A DNA stretch of 64,000 bases from an uncultured bacterium (GTDB lineage: Bacteria; Patescibacteriota; Minisyncoccia; Phycocordibacterales; UBA9973), in the NCBI GenBank assembly GCA_903892035.1, contig CAITGV010000001.1, forward strand, positions 18,578 through 82,577, in the 5' to 3' direction. The translations under genes and the position numbers were made by a program. Below the pieces are notes generated by a model. It worked only from the letters and a program-made list of their open reading frames with translations. It ran no database searches and was not told where the DNA came from. Positions 19,393-29,900 of the stretch are shown here, piece after piece; position 1 is the first letter of the stretch, and each line of letters starts with the position of its first letter.

Positions 19393-20793
19393 TTGATGGA
19401 TAATAAAATCAAAACTATCACTTTAATTGCTTTTATATGTATTGCAAGTTTTTTTACTGTTTTTACTTTACAAAAAATAAATGCAAATCCCCTACCAGAA
19501 ATAATTAATACACAAAAAAAGATTTCAGAATATTTTGTACCTGTAGCAAATTTATATTCCGTGGAAGACAATTTTTTGCCCGAAAAACAAAAAGTATATA
19601 CCCTTTCAAAATATACTCAAGATGAAATAAATCAATTAAAAAACCTTTATCCAAATATAATTATTACTAATGAAATAGATAATATTCTTGATACTGAGAC
19701 AAAAAGTGTCGCTCTTGTAAAAATTGATGACTTAAGTTACAAATACAAACTTTTATATTTTAACAGTAAGTATTTTTTAGATGATGTTGGTGGTGCAATT
19801 ACAACAAATGTTACATCATTAAATAGTGTGCCGACGTTTGATTTTTCAAAAATTGGTAAGATAAATCAAACAGGAGTGACGGCTATTACTAGAGGATTGG
19901 CGTACAAAACCGATATTAGTGGCGATTTTGGCTACCCTGCAAAAAATATTTCAGACTTATTAAAAAATGCTGACATAGTTCACGTAAGTAATGAAGTTTC
20001 ATTTGTACCAAATTGTAATTATATTCCAAATTCAAATGTATTTTGTGCCAAGCCTGAATATATTAAAACTCTTGTAGATAGTGGTGTAAATGTGGTGGAA
20101 CTTACAGGCAATCACAATAATGATTATGGTTATAAATATAACACGCAAACTCTACAAAAATATGCAGAACTTGGAATAAAATATTTTGGTGGTGGATTAA
20201 ATACAACTGACTCTCAAAAAATTCTTTACGAAAATGTAAAAGGAACTAGGGTAGCATTTCTTGGATACAATTACTACGATACAATGCAAAAAACATCCGA
20301 AATTGCTGGACCAAATACTCCGGGATCAAATAGTTATTCTCCAGAAAAAGTGAAGGGTGATATTTTAGAAGCAAGAAAAAGGGCGGATTTAATAATTGTT
20401 GATTTTCAATTTCAAGAATGTTACGCGTATCCAAAAACTTCTGCTGCCTATATTCCCTGTTATAAACCTCTAGCTGACCCAGATCAAGTAAAAACATTTC
20501 GAGATGCAATAGACGACGGTGCAGATATTGTAGTCGGCACACAAGCGCATCAGCCCCAAACATATGAGATATATAATGGAAAATTAATATTTTATGGTCT
20601 TGGAAATTTATTTTTTGACCAAACACCCTGGGTTGGAACTAGGCAAGGATTAATTTTAACTCACTATATTTACAATGGAAAATTAATTCAAACAAAAATT
20701 ACTACCACATATTACGATAATAATATGCAAACATATATTACAAATGGTGATCAAAGAAAATTTCTACTTAGTCTACTAAAAAATGCTCGTTAA
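19393..20793 (+). CDS. CapA/PgsA-family metallophosphoesterase (capsule/poly-gamma-glutamate synthesis-like)
   Basis: N-terminal anchor; VVELTGNHNNDYG, GGG, IVVGTQAHQPQ, GLGNLFFDQ motifs. Confidence 0.7.
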   Translation: MMDNKIKTITLIAFICIASFFTVFTLQKINANPLPEIINTQKKISEYFVPVANLYSVEDNFLPEKQKVYTLSKYTQDEINQLKNLYPNIIITNEIDNILDTETKSVALVKIDDLSYKYKLLYFNSKYFLDDVGGAITTNVTSLNSVPTFDFSKIGKINQTGVTAITRGLAYKTDISGDFGYPAKNISDLLKNADIVHVSNEVSFVPNCNYIPNSNVFCAKPEYIKTLVDSGVNVVELTGNHNNDYGYKYNTQTLQKYAELGIKYFGGGLNTTDSQKILYENVKGTRVAFLGYNYYDTMQKTSEIAGPNTPGSNSYSPEKVKGDILEARKRADLIIVDFQFQECYAYPKTSAAYIPCYKPLADPDQVKTFRDAIDDGADIVVGTQAHQPQTYEIYNGKLIFYGLGNLFFDQTPWVGTRQGLILTHYIYNGKLIQTKITTTYYDNNMQTYITNGDQRKFLLSLLKNAR

Positions 20794-21358
20794 GATTTTT
20801 CTCTTTTCGGCTAACTATCATAGAGGTCATAATTGTGTTCACAATTATCATTGCAATAGAGTGCAACATTGTAGCTATATTATATGCTTGTAAAGAAAAT
20901 AGAGTCATCACATGACGCACTACATTCATACTATATAAAACTGGCGTTTCAGATTTTGGATGTTTCCATGTTTTTCGCAATGTTGGAATAAATGCAATTA
21001 AGTCAATTGAAACTACAATTATTACTGAAATTGTCGGATCTTTCGTAAGTACCCAAGGAATAAGACCCACTAATGCTACTACTAAAAAAGCAGTATCAGT
21101 TTTTGTAATTTGCTTGAAACCGTATTGGAGAGAAAATAAAAAAATTATAACTGTAAAAATCTCTGCCGCACCAGTAGGAATTGCACCTACCCCAGCACCA
21201 CGTGCCAATGCTCCAAAAAAAGTCACACAAGATACAATAGACCACACTAGCCAAGTATAAGGATGTGGTTGAACTCTTTTTTTAAGTACATCTATTAAAT
21301 ATGGGACATTACCAATGACTGCAATCACAGCGGCCAAAATAGCTATTATTTCTTTCAT
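20768..21358 (-). CDS. polytopic membrane protein, unknown family; paralog of the 26102..26701 protein
   Basis: Shared blocks with 26102..26701 (KRxxPxxxxWLxW, GAGxG, I(A/G)FIPT(L/I)..x..HP.(S/E)ET). Confidence 0.5.
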   Translation of the reverse strand: MKEIIAILAAVIAVIGNVPYLIDVLKKRVQPHPYTWLVWSIVSCVTFFGALARGAGVGAIPTGAAEIFTVIIFLFSLQYGFKQITKTDTAFLVVALVGLIPWVLTKDPTISVIIVVSIDLIAFIPTLRKTWKHPKSETPVLYSMNVVRHVMTLFSLQAYNIATMLHSIAMIIVNTIMTSMIVSRKEKNLNEHFLVD

Positions 21359-21395
21359 GTATACATTTTATCATATTTTAATGTATAATTACCAG

Positions 21396-21914
21396 ATGAA
21401 TATATACAATTTGCATCCTATACTTGTTCACTTCCCTATCGCATTACTTTTTATTTACTCAATAGTTAAAATTCTTCCTTTTGATAAATGGTTTCCAAAA
21501 GTTTCATGGAAACATCTTGAAATTGCATTACTTGCACTGGGTGTAGCTGGGGCAATGGCTGCACTTGGCACTGGCGAGACTGCTCAACATCTTACACATC
21601 CAAATCGCCAATTGGTTCAAAATCACTCTCTCTTTGCTCAAACATCAACATGGTTATATGGAATTTTACTTGCAGGTGAAATACTTACTTTATTCCAACA
21701 ATTTTTTACAAACTTATTTACAAAAATTAAACTTTTTAAATTATATAATTTTATTTATAAAATTATTACTGATAAAATAATTGCAAACTTTTTAGCTTTC
21801 TTTGGCTTAATTGCTATTTCAATTACTGGCCTCTTGGGTGGAGTAATGGTTTACGGAGTAAACGCTGATCCACTAGCAAACATTGTTCTAAAAATTCTAG
21901 GTATAAATATTTAA
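21396..21914 (+). CDS. DUF2231-like membrane protein (HPxLVHFPIA motif)
   Basis: NLHPILVHFPIALLF near the N-terminus; start placed at the internal ATG to avoid a 40-nt overlap with the convergent gene. Confidence 0.45.
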   Translation: MNIYNLHPILVHFPIALLFIYSIVKILPFDKWFPKVSWKHLEIALLALGVAGAMAALGTGETAQHLTHPNRQLVQNHSLFAQTSTWLYGILLAGEILTLFQQFFTNLFTKIKLFKLYNFIYKIITDKIIANFLAFFGLIAISITGLLGGVMVYGVNADPLANIVLKILGINI

Positions 21915-22592
21915 CTATTTATTTACTGTATCAGATACTATATGACCATCTGCCATAGTAATAGTTCTGTGAGCCAAAGATGCATAATCAACCTCGTGAG
22001 TAACCATTATAATAGTTTGCCCCTCTTTATTTAAATCAATAAATACACGCATAACCTGATCAGAAGTTTCTGAATCTAAATTAGCTGTTGGTTCGTCAGC
22101 AAAAATTATCTTTGGTCCATGAGCAATTGCACGAGCTATGGAAACACGTTGTTGTTGTCCTCCAGAAAGTTCACTTGGAAGATTATCCATTCTGTCTATT
22201 AAGCCAACTTTATCTAATGCTTTTTTTGCTTGCACTTTTGCTTCGTCCATAGAATAGCCTTGCATCAAAAGTGGGAGCATTGTGTTTTCCAAAGCAGACA
22301 ATGTGGGTAAAATTGCATAATCCTGAAAAATATATCCAAGTTCATTTAATCGAATTGATGTCCTTTCTTTTTCTGAAAGCTCAATCAGATTTCTTTCATT
22401 CATTATCACACTACCCTCAGAAGGCACATCGAGTAAACCAAGCTGATAAAGGAGTGTAGATTTTCCTGAACCAGACCTACCTGTAATTGTTAAAAACTGT
22501 CCTACTGGAACTGAAAAGGAAATATTGTTTAATGCAATAATTTTGTCTTCTCCACTTCTAAATATTTTTGTTAAATTTTTTATTTCTAGCAT
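21915..22592 (-). CDS. ABC transporter ATP-binding protein (MacB/LolD-like)
   Basis: Walker A GRSGSGKST, signature LSGGQQQRV, Walker B IIFADEPT; start at the internal MLEIKN. Confidence 0.85.
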   Translation of the reverse strand: MLEIKNLTKIFRSGEDKIIALNNISFSVPVGQFLTITGRSGSGKSTLLYQLGLLDVPSEGSVIMNERNLIELSEKERTSIRLNELGYIFQDYAILPTLSALENTMLPLLMQGYSMDEAKVQAKKALDKVGLIDRMDNLPSELSGGQQQRVSIARAIAHGPKIIFADEPTANLDSETSDQVMRVFIDLNKEGQTIIMVTHEVDYASLAHRTITMADGHIVSDTVNK

Positions 22593-22596
22593 AAAA

Positions 22597-23874
22597 TTAT
22601 CTTCCCAAAATTGCACTCAATGTATTTTGCTTAATAACAATACGCGCTGGAATATAACCGGCAATAATTGTTGTCAAAAGTAAAATACCAGCTTTTAATA
22701 ATGCCTCTGGAATAGTAGCAACTAAAATTCCATCAGAAAACGGGAAATTTATAGGATGCATTGCAAAATATGGTTTAATCAAAAAGAAAATTAAAACCAT
22801 TCCTAAGATTATTCCCATACTTGCATAAATAAATGCTTGATACATATATGAATACAAAATTGCTTTTTTATTTATTCCAATACCTTTCAAAATACCTATA
22901 TATCTCCTTCTAGTGATGGCATTGACGAAAATAACAATAAAAATTGTGATTGATGCCACAACCAAACCAATACCAGAAATAGCACTTCCTAAAATTCCAA
23001 AAGTTGCTTTCATATCAGTTAAAAATTTTGGGAAAGCTTCTTGGGCAGTTTGTACACGAGCATAATCCCCCACACCACTTGAAATAAGAAAGTTTTTTGC
23101 AAAAACTGGATCAGTATTTGGCAACAACTGTACTGCAATTGTCCCCGCATTTAAATCCGACTGCCCAGTAAGTTTTCGAACTTCACTCGACAAGGCAACT
23201 ACAGAACCATCAAAAATATCAACCTTACTGGATAATATACCTTTAATAAAATATTCTTTTGAAGTATTACCAGAAGTAATTTTTACTCTTTGACCAATAA
23301 CAATATTTTTTAAAGTTTGAAAACCAGGAGCTTCAATCGGAGTAAATTCATACAATAAATTTTTACCAATTAAAACACTATCCTGATCTGTGCTATTCAA
23401 ATACGAGCCTCGAATAACAAATTTTGATATACCAGAAAACTGTTGCTCCTGGTCTGGATCAATTCCTAAAAGCGATGCTCCAACTCCATCACGTAATTCG
23501 CCTGGTTTTATAGTATCTCTATAATTTGACTCTACTCGGGCTGTACCCGAATACCTTACAGTATGATCTTTATAGCCCGGTATAGTTTTAACTATTTCCT
23601 CAACCTTTGGAGTTTGATCTATTGATGAACGATTTAAAAATGAAGATATAATAACATCGCCAATTGCATATTTTTTTTGAGCATCCTCTGAACCCTGAAT
23701 AAGTCCAATTAAAATTCCCGATACAACAATCAAGTTTAAAAAAGTTAGTGTCATCACAAAAGCAATCAGGGTTGTAGTCCAAATATTTGCATGCTTAATA
23801 TCTCTTTTGGCTAAAAACCACCCTACAATAACATTTTGCGAAAAAGAATTTTCTACTTTTATTCTGTCTTTCAT
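22597..23874 (-). CDS. ABC transporter permease, FtsX/MacB-type
   Basis: 425 aa; N-terminal TM, large periplasmic domain, 3 C-terminal TMs; abuts the ATPase gene. Confidence 0.8.
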   Translation of the reverse strand: MKDRIKVENSFSQNVIVGWFLAKRDIKHANIWTTTLIAFVMTLTFLNLIVVSGILIGLIQGSEDAQKKYAIGDVIISSFLNRSSIDQTPKVEEIVKTIPGYKDHTVRYSGTARVESNYRDTIKPGELRDGVGASLLGIDPDQEQQFSGISKFVIRGSYLNSTDQDSVLIGKNLLYEFTPIEAPGFQTLKNIVIGQRVKITSGNTSKEYFIKGILSSKVDIFDGSVVALSSEVRKLTGQSDLNAGTIAVQLLPNTDPVFAKNFLISSGVGDYARVQTAQEAFPKFLTDMKATFGILGSAISGIGLVVASITIFIVIFVNAITRRRYIGILKGIGINKKAILYSYMYQAFIYASMGIILGMVLIFFLIKPYFAMHPINFPFSDGILVATIPEALLKAGILLLTTIIAGYIPARIVIKQNTLSAILGR

Positions 23875-23875
23875 T

Positions 23876-25420
23876 TTAATTTCCAGATGGAATTACAATT
23901 TTATCTCCAAGTGAAAGCCCACTTACAATTTCAACGAGATTGTTATCACCAAGAAATCCTGTACTTACTGGACTTTCAGTAAATCCATTATTTTTATCAT
24001 CAGTTACAACACTTACATAGGATTTATCATTCTTTTTAACTACTGCAATAAACGGAATAGAAAGAACGTGACTTACACCACCCGCAGATATTGTCACATT
24101 TGCATTCATACCAGGCCTAATAGTCACATCTTTTTCATTGATGGAAACTTTAATTTTGTAATTCACTACACCATTATTGGTCTGTGCTGATGGGTCAATT
24201 TCTGCAACTATGCCAGTAAAATTTTTATCTTTTCCAAAAGCATCAAAAGTTACATTTGCATTTTGACCAACTTTCAAATAAGCAATATTTGCCTCGTTGA
24301 TCAGTGCCTCAATATAAAGATTATCAATGTCTTCAAGTGTAATTACAGATTTACCAATTTGTGACATCTCTCCATATTTTATATCTACACTTGTAATTGT
24401 CCCCGAAGCAGGGGCACGAATTATCGTATCATCATATGCAGACTGAGCTCCCTGTAAATTTCCTTGTGCTTGCAAGACATCAGACTGTGCAATATCTAAA
24501 TCAGTATTTGTTGCTTTTGCTTTTTTTAAGTCTAATTCTGCTTGTCTTTGGTCCACCAAAGAACTAGCAGACCCAACTGCACTAGTTTGTGTTTTAAGTG
24601 CAGAGTTATATGCATTTAAATTTGTAAGGTAATTTGACGCTTTTTGATTTGGAATAGATATACTCCAGTCACCTTGATAAGTAGATGTATTACTTGAAAA
24701 TTGTATATATAAACCACTGTCGCCTATTGGCTGTGGTGTAGTACTACTCACCACACCAGAAGAAGTAACTAAACCAGAAGTACTAAAGTATCCACCATTA
24801 CCTCCTTGATAAACAGAAATTGTTATCACTCCTTCCTGACCCTTTTTATATGTACCTGAAATAGTAGGTGCTGATTGAGTTGATGATGTTGAAGTGGACT
24901 CAGCAGAGAGAGTTGAATTCAACAATGAACCATAAGCATTTGTGACTAAATTTTCTTGATTGTTTTTTACATTTTCTAAATCATTTTGAGCATTTTTGAG
25001 CGCAACTTCTGCCAATTTAATTTCTTCATTTGTTGCCCCATTTAAAATTTTATTGTATTTTGCTTCTGCACCTAAAAGTGCTCCTTTTGCTTGAGTAAGT
25101 GTAGCAAGAGCCTGACCTTGATCTAGGGTAGCTAAAGACTGCCCGGCGGTGACATGATCACCAACACTGACACTTACCGACTTAACAACACTTGCTTTGT
25201 TGAATGATAAAGATAGGTCCGTTTTTGAAACTACTTGACCTGTAGCTTTTACGTCACGACTCAAATCTGCATATTTTACTGTATCAGTATTTACACTATT
25301 TGTTTTTTGGCTAGAAAAAACAAAATATGATGCCAACAAAAGCACCACAACAGCAACTATTAGAATTTTATATTTACTAACGATAAAATTCTTAATTTTT
25401 CCAAAAAATGAAGTATTCAC
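23876..25420 (-). CDS. HlyD/MacA-like periplasmic adaptor (membrane fusion protein)
   Basis: N-terminal anchor, long coiled-coil region (LATLDQGQALATLTQAKGALLGAEAKYNKIL...), beta-barrel C-terminus; 1-nt gap to the permease. Confidence 0.65.
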   Translation of the reverse strand: MNTSFFGKIKNFIVSKYKILIVAVVVLLLASYFVFSSQKTNSVNTDTVKYADLSRDVKATGQVVSKTDLSLSFNKASVVKSVSVSVGDHVTAGQSLATLDQGQALATLTQAKGALLGAEAKYNKILNGATNEEIKLAEVALKNAQNDLENVKNNQENLVTNAYGSLLNSTLSAESTSTSSTQSAPTISGTYKKGQEGVITISVYQGGNGGYFSTSGLVTSSGVVSSTTPQPIGDSGLYIQFSSNTSTYQGDWSISIPNQKASNYLTNLNAYNSALKTQTSAVGSASSLVDQRQAELDLKKAKATNTDLDIAQSDVLQAQGNLQGAQSAYDDTIIRAPASGTITSVDIKYGEMSQIGKSVITLEDIDNLYIEALINEANIAYLKVGQNANVTFDAFGKDKNFTGIVAEIDPSAQTNNGVVNYKIKVSINEKDVTIRPGMNANVTISAGGVSHVLSIPFIAVVKKNDKSYVSVVTDDKNNGFTESPVSTGFLGDNNLVEIVSGLSLGDKIVIPSGN

Positions 25421-25460
25421 CTATATATTATAGACTTTTTTTGCTTAAAAGTAAACGATT

Positions 25461-26105
25461 TTAGTTTTGATCTAAAAACATTAAAACTGAAATAGTTTTA
25501 TAAATAGAATATAAAAATATTGAAAATACAAAAATAAATAAATATGGCGTAAATGTGTGAGTTATGCTCGTAGAAATATTTAAGGAATGCTTCATAAGTC
25601 CCAGTGGATTCAAAAATAGGTCCCAACTATTCCATCTTTCATAACGACCTAGGTAAATTCCGAAGCTTGAAATTAAACATATTATAAAAATAGAAATTTC
25701 TGATTTAATTTTTGAAAAATGCTTTTTTAAATACGAATGAATATGAGACAAAGAAAGCATTGCTAGAAGTAAACCTACCCAACCATAGAAAAAGAAAAGT
25801 AAACTTTCAAACCAAAGTACATTTGGATGACTAGATACAGTATGTATAATATCAGTCACTAAATATGGTGCATTTGGGAAAAAAATCATCCAAACAAGAA
25901 AAATTGGAATGATTTTTCTTAATGAAATTTCTTTTTTTATAAAATTTGAGGAAATAATATATGGAACCCAGGCTAAAAATAAATTCCAAACTAAATATAT
26001 TATTCCACCTCTAAAAGAAAATCCACTATATGCGATATTAAAAAATACAGCAACGATAGATATACCTAAAAGAGTTTTTGTAATTTTTGAAAATTTTACA
26101 TTCAT
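25461..26105 (-). CDS. polytopic membrane protein, unknown function
   Basis: 214 aa, ~6 TM; FPNAPYLVTDIIH conserved-looking motif. Confidence 0.45.
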   Translation of the reverse strand: MNVKFSKITKTLLGISIVAVFFNIAYSGFSFRGGIIYLVWNLFLAWVPYIISSNFIKKEISLRKIIPIFLVWMIFFPNAPYLVTDIIHTVSSHPNVLWFESLLFFFYGWVGLLLAMLSLSHIHSYLKKHFSKIKSEISIFIICLISSFGIYLGRYERWNSWDLFLNPLGLMKHSLNISTSITHTFTPYLFIFVFSIFLYSIYKTISVLMFLDQN

Positions 26106-26701
26106 ATTTTTTTCTCTCTACGAATTAATATAATCATAACTGTAATAATATTCAAAATAACTATTACTAGCGGATACAGCCAAGTGGTAATTGTAAATAC
26201 TCCAAGTGCGAAAATTGAAATCAAAAACTTTAATCCATTTAGACCAAAAGTTGTAGCCGTTTCTTCATTTGGATGCATATATGCATTGTGAATTGTCGGA
26301 ATAAAACCGATAGCATTTGTAATAGAAGCAAAAACTATTGCCATCAATGCATCACTCGTATACCACCAAAACAATAAAGAAATTACTGCTCCTGTAAATG
26401 GTAACCAATCATACATTGTAAAATGCTCATCATATTTAAAATATGACACGCAAGCAATAACCACACACATGATTGCGGCGAAGCCCGTGATCCAAGAGCC
26501 ATACCCTGCTCCTTTTTCATATTGCACACAAAATGCAATTGTATTCAATATTCCCCAAATTAACCAGGAAATAGTTCTAGGTCTTGTTCCTCTTTTAAAG
26601 ATACTAAAAAAATAATCAGAATAGCTAATAAAAGCAATTCCAAGAGTTATTAGACCCAAAATTGCTTTATAATTATGCATTCCCCCATTATACATCGGCA
26701 A
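26102..26701 (-). CDS. polytopic membrane protein, unknown family; paralog of the 20768..21358 protein
   Basis: See 20768..21358; 4-nt overlap with the downstream gene suggests an operon. Confidence 0.5.
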   Translation of the reverse strand: MPMYNGGMHNYKAILGLITLGIAFISYSDYFFSIFKRGTRPRTISWLIWGILNTIAFCVQYEKGAGYGSWITGFAAIMCVVIACVSYFKYDEHFTMYDWLPFTGAVISLLFWWYTSDALMAIVFASITNAIGFIPTIHNAYMHPNEETATTFGLNGLKFLISIFALGVFTITTWLYPLVIVILNIITVMIILIRREKKI

Positions 26702-26713
26702 CTATTATAAACA

Positions 26714-26740
26714 AAAAAGACCCCGAAGGGTCATTTTTGT
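26714..26740 (-). terminator. hairpin terminator (GACCC-CGAA-GGGTC with flanking T/A runs)
   Basis: Sits immediately after the stop of the small basic ORF on the minus strand. Confidence 0.5.
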
Positions 26741-26872
26741 TTATCTTTTTTTTGTTGTTTTTCTGTTAGGCTTTGCGGCTAGCATTGCTTTTTTTGCAGC
26801 TAATCTCTTTTTTGTCTTGTGAGGGTGCTTAAATGTTTTTGTACTACTTGGACCTGTTTGTCTTTTTGCCAT
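26741..26872 (-). CDS. small highly basic protein (43 aa, MAKRQTGPSSTKTFKHPHKTKKRLAAKKAMLAAKPNRKTTKKR), ribosomal-protein-like composition; speculative
   Basis: ATG..TAA frame with its own terminator, between the S8 protease gene and the membrane-protein operon. Confidence 0.25.
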   Translation of the reverse strand: MAKRQTGPSSTKTFKHPHKTKKRLAAKKAMLAAKPNRKTTKKR

Positions 26873-26931
26873 AAAATTTTATATAAATAATAATATTTAA
26901 ACTATAACATTAATAAGAAAATTTAGCTAAA

Positions 26932-29900
26932 TTAATTCAAAATATATTTCTGAGACTTTGGACCAAATACTCCGTCGGCAATAAGGCCAACAGATTTTTG
27001 AAAAGCTTTTACAGCTTTAAGTGTTTTTAATCCAAAATAACTTACTTCTTTTCCACTCGAACCAGCACCAGAAACTGAAACAATAAAACCATGACTATTT
27101 AAATATTTTTGTAAAATTACAACACTTTGGTCATTCATACCAAAACGTAATGTTTTATGAAAGGCATAATTTATTTTTGAGTCAGAGATTGCTTGAGTAG
27201 AATTTTGATTGACTGTATTTACAGCAATCACTGGTATAGTAGGTACTATCACGGGTGTAGGTGTAACTGCGGGAGGCGGAGTATAACTTCCCCCTCCTCC
27301 TCCACCACCGCCCCCACCTCCACCGCTCTGAATAATTTGTGCATTTACTGTGACAGTACGAGTAACTTCAGTAGCTTGATTACCTTCAAGGTCAGAAACA
27401 TTGTAAGTCAAAATATATGTCCCTGCTGTGTGCGTATTTACAGGATTTACAGTAATAATTTTTGAAGTAATATCCCCTTCTAAGTCATCACTTGCAGTTG
27501 CTCCAGCATCAGTATATGTTGATCCATAAGCAACAGATACATTACTTGAACCTACTAAAGTTATTACTGGTGGAACACTATTTACTTTTGAATTTTGAAA
27601 ATTTGCAATTGCTTGATTCAACGTAATCACTTCAGCATCTACCTCGCTTTGAGTATTTACATTTGTCATTGCACTCGCGATATTTATAGCAGTTTGTAAA
27701 ATTATTTTTGATCCTACGATATAAAGTCCTGGTGTACTACCTTCTACCGCAGAATTATAAATTGTATTTGCTGAATTTATGACTCCAGTTAAAGCAGTCA
27801 AATCAGAAGGATCATTTATTGTTACAGTCACAGTATAATCTTGAGTAGTCACACCATCTCCAGCAGTCACTGTAAAAGTTTGTGGTACTCCACTCACAAA
27901 AGCAATATTTCCTGAATCTGGAGAAACTGTTGCTTGAGGTGAAATACTTATAACAATCGGTAGAGCGCTAATATCTGTACCATATCTTTCAGTAAGAGTA
28001 ATATTTGTTCCACTTATAATACCATTTGCAGATGGTGAAGTTGAATTAAAAGATAAAATATTTGCCGCAGTATTTGATAAAACATTTATAGTCGCAGTAT
28101 ATGTCACGGTTGAACCGTCTCCTGCTGTGACTGTGTAAATTACTGGATTTATAAAATCTGTTGAAATACCAGAAGCTGGGCTCACACTTGCACCAACAAT
28201 CGATATTGTAGGAGAAAGAGTTGTTATATTTGTGCCGTAAGGAACATTTAGTGCAATAGTTTTATTATTTTCATCTACAACCCCAACTGCGGAAGGATTT
28301 GTAAAATCAAAAGAATTTATTTTTTTATCAGGGTCGACAGCAAGCAAGGCGCTGCCTGCATTTATTCTTTTCCCTGATGTGGTTTTACCAGAGAGTGTCG
28401 CAAGTGTATCACCAGAATTCAAAATATCATTTTTAACTTGAGTGGCTGTGAGTGTCGGCTGATAGCCCCAAATGAGTCCAGCAAGACCTACTACGTGTGG
28501 TGTGGCCATTGAAGTACCAGAATAATAAGCATAGAGCTCATTACTTCCATCGTTTAATGTATCGATAGTTAAGTTATCAACACTACAACCCAAATGATTA
28601 TTATCTACACCATTTGTCACCCAATCAAAACGAAATTTAAAATTTGAAGTAAGATATTGTGATGGAATTGGAACATCTTGGAAGTTATAAGAAGCACTCC
28701 CAGCAGGATTTGAATCACTGTCTAAATATGCTTCGTCCCACATAAAATCTCCTCCATAAAATGGATCAATTGCTGGTGTAAAGTTTACTCCATCTGAACT
28801 ATAGTAAAGTTCCATATAATCTGTCCAACTTGTTAGGCTGTATTGTGTGTCACAAGTTGCATCAAAACTTATTGTTGCGCCAGTAGTTGTACCACCTAAG
28901 TCTATCGTAGGTGAATCTATTGTTGTATTTGCATTGCTTGTATAAGGCATACGATTTGTATCTCCAAATAAAACTTTATTTCCTGAAGTACTGAGTACAC
29001 CAAAGTGATTTGTCGTACTTCCGCCACGTGTCCAATTTACGGGAATAGCATTTAAAGATGTAGATGTAAAATCTTCAGTATATTTTATGAAATCTGCAAT
29101 CGTACTTAAAATATTTACCCCAGGTGCACCAACATCTACAGAAGTCGTACCGAAATCAGAAAAGCTTGCCAAATGATCATTTTGGTCAGTCGCAGCAACA
29201 GAGATTATGTTGTCCAAACCATAGTCTGAAGGATAAAAATGATTGTTATCATTATTTGTACCACTATTTCCTGCTGCAGCTACAAATATTCCACCGGAAG
29301 CTCTAAATCTAGCTATTGCATCATATTCTGCCTGAGAAAATTGTGACCCACCGTAGCTTGCATTTATAACTTTGGCACCATTTTGGGTTGCAAAATCAAT
29401 TGCTTCAACTTCTGTGGCAACATCAAAAGCAAAACGTATTGCCATTATTTTTACATGTGGAGCTACTCCTACTATACCTGTTGTATTATTTTTTTCTGCA
29501 GCAATTGTACCTGACACATGAGTGCCGTGAGAAGAATCGACAGGTAGTGGTGTAATATCGTTATCAGCAAAATCATAACCGTGATTACACCCTCCAACGA
29601 TTATCGTTCCATTTTCATCTACACAATTTGTTCCATCCCACATTTGATTTATCAAATCTGGATGATTGTATGCAACACCAGTATCAATCACTGCCACGAC
29701 TACATCTGCATTCGTACCTTGATTTATCCCCCATGCATTATTAATTTTTATGTCAGAACCAACTGTTCCGGTTGTTGTACTGAAATCTCCTGCAATAGTC
29801 TGCCCAGTATTGTCGAGCCCCCAAAGTCTATCTCGATACGTATCATCTGTGGAAATATCAGAAAAACTTCTTTTGTAGTTTGGTTCTGCGTATAAAACAT

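Noticed and set aside
21315-21395. Upstream extension of the DUF2231-like ORF to ATG 21315
   Set aside because: It would overlap the convergent 20768..21358 gene by 40 nt; the internal ATG at 21396 precedes the conserved HPILVHFPIA motif.
27291-27327. C/G homopolymer-rich tract that looks like a repeat element
   Set aside because: It is in frame within the S8 protease and encodes a Gly13 linker (GGGGGGGGGGGGG) between the protease/Ig-like region and the PG-binding domain.
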